From IMG/VR virus record IMGVR_UViG_3300032092_000025, positions 5,473-69,472 of that record: DNA of 64,000 nucleotides; one strand, given 5' to 3'. The translations under genes were made by a program, and so were the position numbers. The DNA comes from a virus. Positions 59,788 through 64,000 of this stretch are shown piece by piece; position 1 is the stretch's first letter, and each line of letters begins with the position of its first letter. The notes under the pieces were generated by a model. It saw nothing but the letters and a program-made list of their open reading frames with translations, had not been told where the DNA came from and made no database searches.

Positions 59788-60912
59788 ATGGCTGTCATAC
59801 CAGAACCCGATAGAAGTAAACTATATACCCAAGTAAAACACTTGTTAGGTGCTCCACTTCGTTCCATTGAAATTGTAGATGAACAAATGGATACTCTATT
59901 GGAGTTTTCTATTCAAGATTACGCGCAGTACGTACAAGATTGGTTAATTGAATCTCAATGGACTTCTCTATATAATCTTAACTTGGATACTCAATCTTTA
60001 TCTAGAGCGTTTCTAACTAAGAGTTTAGATTGGGAAAATAGGTATTCATACGCATACTCAAAAATTGTTGGATTACAAAGTAACGGTGATTGGGTACTAA
60101 AGAAAGATTATATTCAATTAGAAAAGGGAAAACAAATTTATGAAATTCCTGCGGGTAGAGAAATAAACGAATTACTTTGGTTTACTCCTGCAACATTAAA
60201 TAATGTTTTTTTTGACCCTTGGTCTTTTGGAGGTATCGGTTCAGGTGGATTAGGTGGTGCAGGTGGATTCGCACAAATGGGTAACACTGCCGGTTCATAT
60301 TTTATGATGCCAGCATTTGATATGTTACTTCGTATGCAAGAGGTAAACATACAAAGAAGAATTATTGCGGGAGATTTAACTTATCGTGTAACCGCTCTTC
60401 CTGATGGTAAGAAAGCGATTCACTTAATGCAAACACCGGGTGGTAAATTTGATTTCGGTAACGCACAGATGATGCAAGGACAAGTTTGGTATTGGTATTA
60501 TGATACAGAAGGTGCTGACAGAGATTCTTGTTTAAAGTCTAATCCTGACATTATCAAACTACCGTCTGATGTTCCTTTTGATGAGTTAAATTGGGTTGAG
60601 TTAAACAACCCCGCAAAACAGTGGATACGTAGATGGTTTGTCGCTTACGTTAAAGAAACTTTATCAAGAGTCAGAGGAAAATATAGTGGTAACCTTAAAA
60701 CACCTGACTCCGAATTAACTTTAGATTATACCTCTTTAGCAACTGAAGCGAAAGATGAAAAAACCAAATTAATTGAAGAATTAATTGGTGCTGAGGGTAG
60801 ATTAACAAGATTGAAACCGGAAAAGGTAATGGAGAGAGAAGCGTTAATCGCAGAAAATCTAAACAAACAAATGAAGTTTAGAGCATTTCCAAGACAAATA
60901 TATGTAATTTAA
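59788..60912 (+). CDS. Neck / head-to-tail adaptor (T4 gp13-like)
   Basis: VKHLLGAPLRSIEIVDEQMD at the N-terminus and WIRRWFVAYVKETLSRVRGKY...LTLD at the C-terminus; preceded by TATTTAT. Confidence 0.7.
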   Translation: MAVIPEPDRSKLYTQVKHLLGAPLRSIEIVDEQMDTLLEFSIQDYAQYVQDWLIESQWTSLYNLNLDTQSLSRAFLTKSLDWENRYSYAYSKIVGLQSNGDWVLKKDYIQLEKGKQIYEIPAGREINELLWFTPATLNNVFFDPWSFGGIGSGGLGGAGGFAQMGNTAGSYFMMPAFDMLLRMQEVNIQRRIIAGDLTYRVTALPDGKKAIHLMQTPGGKFDFGNAQMMQGQVWYWYYDTEGADRDSCLKSNPDIIKLPSDVPFDELNWVELNNPAKQWIRRWFVAYVKETLSRVRGKYSGNLKTPDSELTLDYTSLATEAKDEKTKLIEELIGAEGRLTRLKPEKVMEREALIAENLNKQMKFRAFPRQIYVI

Positions 60913-60913
60913 T

Positions 60914-61249
60914 ATGGCAATTATTCGTTCAATTCCATCTGAAAAAGTTATTGGTGGTAGAATTATAAAATCATCAGAAATTGTTTTAATTTCTGAATCT
61001 GAATATACATCAAATGGTGAAGGTTTGATAATTGTGAAAGACGTACCATTTTGTAAGTTAAAATTAAGTCATATTGCTACGGACCACGTTAGGGTAAAAT
61101 CTTTAACTAACACACTTATAATTCCTGATATAGGATTGTTTGACGAAAAATATGATGAGTTATCTATAAATTCAGAATCTTGTGTTGAGTTTTACTTCGC
61201 ACAAGGAAACTGGTACATCACATCAAGTGATGGGTTGAAGTTATCTTAG
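60914..61249 (+). CDS. Hypothetical protein (beta-rich)
   Basis: 111-aa ORF right after the neck gene; its stop overlaps the convergent polymerase stop. Confidence 0.6.
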   Translation: MAIIRSIPSEKVIGGRIIKSSEIVLISESEYTSNGEGLIIVKDVPFCKLKLSHIATDHVRVKSLTNTLIIPDIGLFDEKYDELSINSESCVEFYFAQGNWYITSSDGLKLS

Positions 61250-64000
61250 ATAAATTCTTCCCACCCCTCTTCTGCTAATTCATACATATAATCAGGTTCA
61301 AGTCCTCTTTTTTCCCAATACTTAACTTCAGGTTCAGAAATAGTTAAAACCTCCTCCAATGAATCTTGGTCACCCTCTTCAAATGGAACACCGTTAATCA
61401 ACTCACACTGTTCTTTTGTAAACAGTCCACGACCTTCAGGGTCAGTTATTAACATTCCATCTCTCACTTCTTGTTTAAACACAACAAGTAATGGTTCAAT
61501 TCTTTTATTGAAAACACTGATTGCTCTTGGGATATTGTATTCACCTTTTAAATCGGGGTTGTTTTCCAACTCCTGCCTATCTAACATATAACAATTAAGT
61601 TTCACATATGATTCCATCATTTCTAATGGAATTTTACCATAACCCTCCATCATATTATCCAAATCTTCTTGGGTCCAACCTTTCTTTGGTTTGTTTACTT
61701 TTTGAACGTCTCCGTGAGATGCCTTCACACCATTGTTAACATAGTAAATAACATCACCAAGATTTACTTTAATCTTGTTTTTAAGAGCAAGTTCCATATG
61801 AGCCATTCTTGACATCGCATGTCCTGCCTTTGTTTTCTCATTACATCTTTTTTCATAATCATTCAAAGACAATTTTACTTTAGCACGTTGAGCGATTTTC
61901 ATAAGTGGAATTTCTTGGTCAAATATCTTCTGTACATATTCGTAATACCATTCAACAAACTCTTGCCCTTTACCCTCCAATAACATTTTGATTCCCTTAT
62001 CCAAGAAGTCCTCAATATATAATGGTAATTTCTTTGACTTAATTGTATTTCCCGTAAGTTTGATTTTACCTTTGTCCGTCATCAAAGCGTAGTTTTTTCT
62101 TGCTAAATTAATACACGAAGGCCAAGTTCCATCAGTATCTAACGCCATTTCACCTTTCATAAACATATCGTTAAATTCAGCAACATCGGCATCCGCACCT
62201 TTATATTCTTTACCCTCTTTAACTTTCCAATTGTTTCCTTTACCGATATAAATTCTTTCATCACATCCTTCAGGTTTTGAGAAGTTAACACCGTCCGTAT
62301 CCATTACAAGTGGCATGTATCCCTTATTCATAAAAAACTTAATCATCATACGAAGATATTGTCTTCCTGTACAAGTGATTTGTTCACCCATATACATATC
62401 TCCCCAATGAAATACCTGTGGTGCGGATAACGCCCCGAACATCGAGTTAATGAAAATCTTAATAGGTAATTGTTTTCGGTCATAAGATAGTGACCTTTTC
62501 TTATCCGTTTTCTCATATTCTCCCGCTAAGTTCTTATACAAAATACGAGTATCTCTGAAATACTTTAACATCGCTTTCATTCCCTGTAATACATCACATT
62601 CAGGAAACACATCATGTACAAGTTGTATGGATGGGTAAAGTGAAGAAAAGTCGAGTTTTAATACATCCTTTGAGTATCCTACCCTTAACAATCTTGATAG
62701 ACCCCCTACGAAATCTTGTTTGGACTGCTTCTCAGGAATCGCTAATTTGTATTTATAAGACCAAGCGAGCATCAACATCTTCCAAAGAGTTGCCGTACCC
62801 ATAGTTGATATTCTTTCATATGTTGTAGGTACCATAGATGCCAAAAGAAAAGTCCCTTGGTTAAATTCATCATCGACCAATAGGGTTTCTTCCAAGTCAT
62901 CGTCAAGGTATCTCTCAACAATTTCATCACCTTTTACTTTTATATATGTGTCGGGAAAACGAGTGTCTAAGTTTTCAAATGCAGGGTTATCAGCCCTCTT
63001 ATACTTTCCGTTTTTAACATTTAACCAATAATCTTCTTTTTTTGCGTACATTGAACCGATTTTATCGTGGTCGATGTATACTCGGTCCTCGGCTTCAGCG
63101 TCGATATATTGGGTAATGTATTTAAGTCCCGCCGATTTAATGTTTGAGTTAATTGCTTGAGCTCTTCTTACTGAGTGTAAAATATCAATAATATTATAAC
63201 CCCACATCCCAACTTGATTATACTTCTCAACCTCATTTGCCAATTTTAACATATTCTCTTTTTGTGATATATTATAATTGGGGTTTAATGTCTTACAAGT
63301 TTTCTTAACGTCAATATTAAGAACTTTACATCTTTCAAATATCCAAAACCAGTCGAAGTTAAATGAGTTATATCCTCCAATAATTGATGGTTTTAATGCA
63401 TCAATTAATTTAAAGAAAGAAATTAACCCTTCTCTTTCTTGTTCAGGAGTTGCACATTCAATTACTTGTTGGAATCCTTTATTTGTTTTAATTCCAATCA
63501 TGAAGATACGACCGTCTTTAGGTTCCAAAGAGGTCGTCTCCAAGTCAAATACAAACCTTGTAATGTCGTTATATTCTTCAAATCCTTTAAACAATCTTTT
63601 TTCTTTTGAAATTAAGTATTGTTCTACAGGTGGTAGAATTAATATTAGGTCTTTTGTGTTTTCTCCCCAAGGGTCTAATCCACCATCTCTGAAGAAACTG
63701 ATTAGAGAACGGTAACCCTTTAAGGATTTTACCATATATTTTAATCCTCTTTCTAACCTTTCATTACCTTTTGTTTCCAATTTCTCGATAATGATGCCGT
63801 ACTTTGACATCGCTTCTTTTTGTAACGCTTTGGATGATTTGTAGAAGTTTCGGTCTTTTAGGTCACCGACCCACGCAAAAGGTGTAAAACTTTCTTTCTG
63901 AATGGTTTTGCCTTTGATTGGGTCTTCTTTTATTTTGAATACCGAATCGGATGCGTAGTCAAATTCTACGGCAACTATATATTGTTCGGGGTCACCACCT
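61246..64000 (-). CDS. Family B DNA polymerase with 3'-5' exonuclease; 5' end outside the window
   Basis: ExoI FDLET, ExoII GYNSFNFD, ExoIII YLDDD, motif A DFSSLYPS, motif B KIFINSMFG, motif C DTDG, RKNYA. Frame stays open from 63810 to the edge (GGDPEQYIVAVEFDY...). Confidence 0.95.
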   Translation of the reverse strand, partial: GGDPEQYIVAVEFDYASDSVFKIKEDPIKGKTIQKESFTPFAWVGDLKDRNFYKSSKALQKEAMSKYGIIIEKLETKGNERLERGLKYMVKSLKGYRSLISFFRDGGLDPWGENTKDLILILPPVEQYLISKEKRLFKGFEEYNDITRFVFDLETTSLEPKDGRIFMIGIKTNKGFQQVIECATPEQEREGLISFFKLIDALKPSIIGGYNSFNFDWFWIFERCKVLNIDVKKTCKTLNPNYNISQKENMLKLANEVEKYNQVGMWGYNIIDILHSVRRAQAINSNIKSAGLKYITQYIDAEAEDRVYIDHDKIGSMYAKKEDYWLNVKNGKYKRADNPAFENLDTRFPDTYIKVKGDEIVERYLDDDLEETLLVDDEFNQGTFLLASMVPTTYERISTMGTATLWKMLMLAWSYKYKLAIPEKQSKQDFVGGLSRLLRVGYSKDVLKLDFSSLYPSIQLVHDVFPECDVLQGMKAMLKYFRDTRILYKNLAGEYEKTDKKRSLSYDRKQLPIKIFINSMFGALSAPQVFHWGDMYMGEQITCTGRQYLRMMIKFFMNKGYMPLVMDTDGVNFSKPEGCDERIYIGKGNNWKVKEGKEYKGADADVAEFNDMFMKGEMALDTDGTWPSCINLARKNYALMTDKGKIKLTGNTIKSKKLPLYIEDFLDKGIKMLLEGKGQEFVEWYYEYVQKIFDQEIPLMKIAQRAKVKLSLNDYEKRCNEKTKAGHAMSRMAHMELALKNKIKVNLGDVIYYVNNGVKASHGDVQKVNKPKKGWTQEDLDNMMEGYGKIPLEMMESYVKLNCYMLDRQELENNPDLKGEYNIPRAISVFNKRIEPLLVVFKQEVRDGMLITDPEGRGLFTKEQCELINGVPFEEGDQDSLEEVLTISEPEVKYWEKRGLEPDYMYELAEEGWEEFI

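Noticed and set aside
3716-63715. Numerous short ORFs antisense to or nested in long genes (for example 3716-4030, 24059-24460, 44676-45158, 63278-63715)
   Set aside because: They overlap well-supported genes, mostly use non-ATG starts and show no motifs; typical shadow ORFs.
1-64000. Stop-codon reassignment as seen in some large phages
   Set aside because: Conserved genes are full length in code 11, and TAA, TAG (for example 59763) and TGA (for example 32547 minus) all end genes at sensible boundaries.
1-64000. tRNA, rRNA or large structured ncRNA genes
   Set aside because: Intergenic gaps are short, AT-rich and explained by promoters or terminators; no cloverleaf or T-loop signature was seen by eye.

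Overview
AT-rich, gene-dense segment of a large tailed dsDNA phage with a contractile tail (T4-like or jumbo myovirus architecture), readable in standard code 11. Most genes are on the minus strand. In coordinate order: a RuvC-like resolvase (truncated by the window start); a ~22 kb baseplate/adsorption module (Cys-rich and SprB-repeat proteins, a gpI-like protein, a PKD-like protein, a 1775-aa protein with a hydrophobic segment, gp6/J and gp25 wedge proteins); a replication block (nrdA, nrdB, DnaB-like helicase, 5'-3' exonuclease, RecA/UvsX, gp32-like SSB); then a giant hub-like protein, a LysM/gpX-like protein, a tube initiator carrying an OmpA-like insert, a tape measure with 333-bp repeats, a chaperone pair with a likely frameshift, the tail tube, a HAD phosphatase, the tail sheath and neck/terminator genes. 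A plus-strand block encodes an SNF2 helicase, a Mn/Fe superoxide dismutase fused to a PD-(D/E)XK-like domain, an unknown protein and a gp13-like neck protein. A family B DNA polymerase runs off the window end. SprB repeats, A-rich leaders without Shine-Dalgarno sites and the eukaryote-like class Ia RNR suggest a Bacteroidota host (inference). A TATTTAT motif precedes most structural units and is probably the late promoter. The most notable candidates are a late-expressed, possibly protease-processed SOD-nuclease polyprotein, an adsorption apparatus built from host-like surface modules, and a pervasive [ST]-[GA]-x-[ST] motif in virion proteins. All family calls come from motifs recognised by eye; no database search was run.
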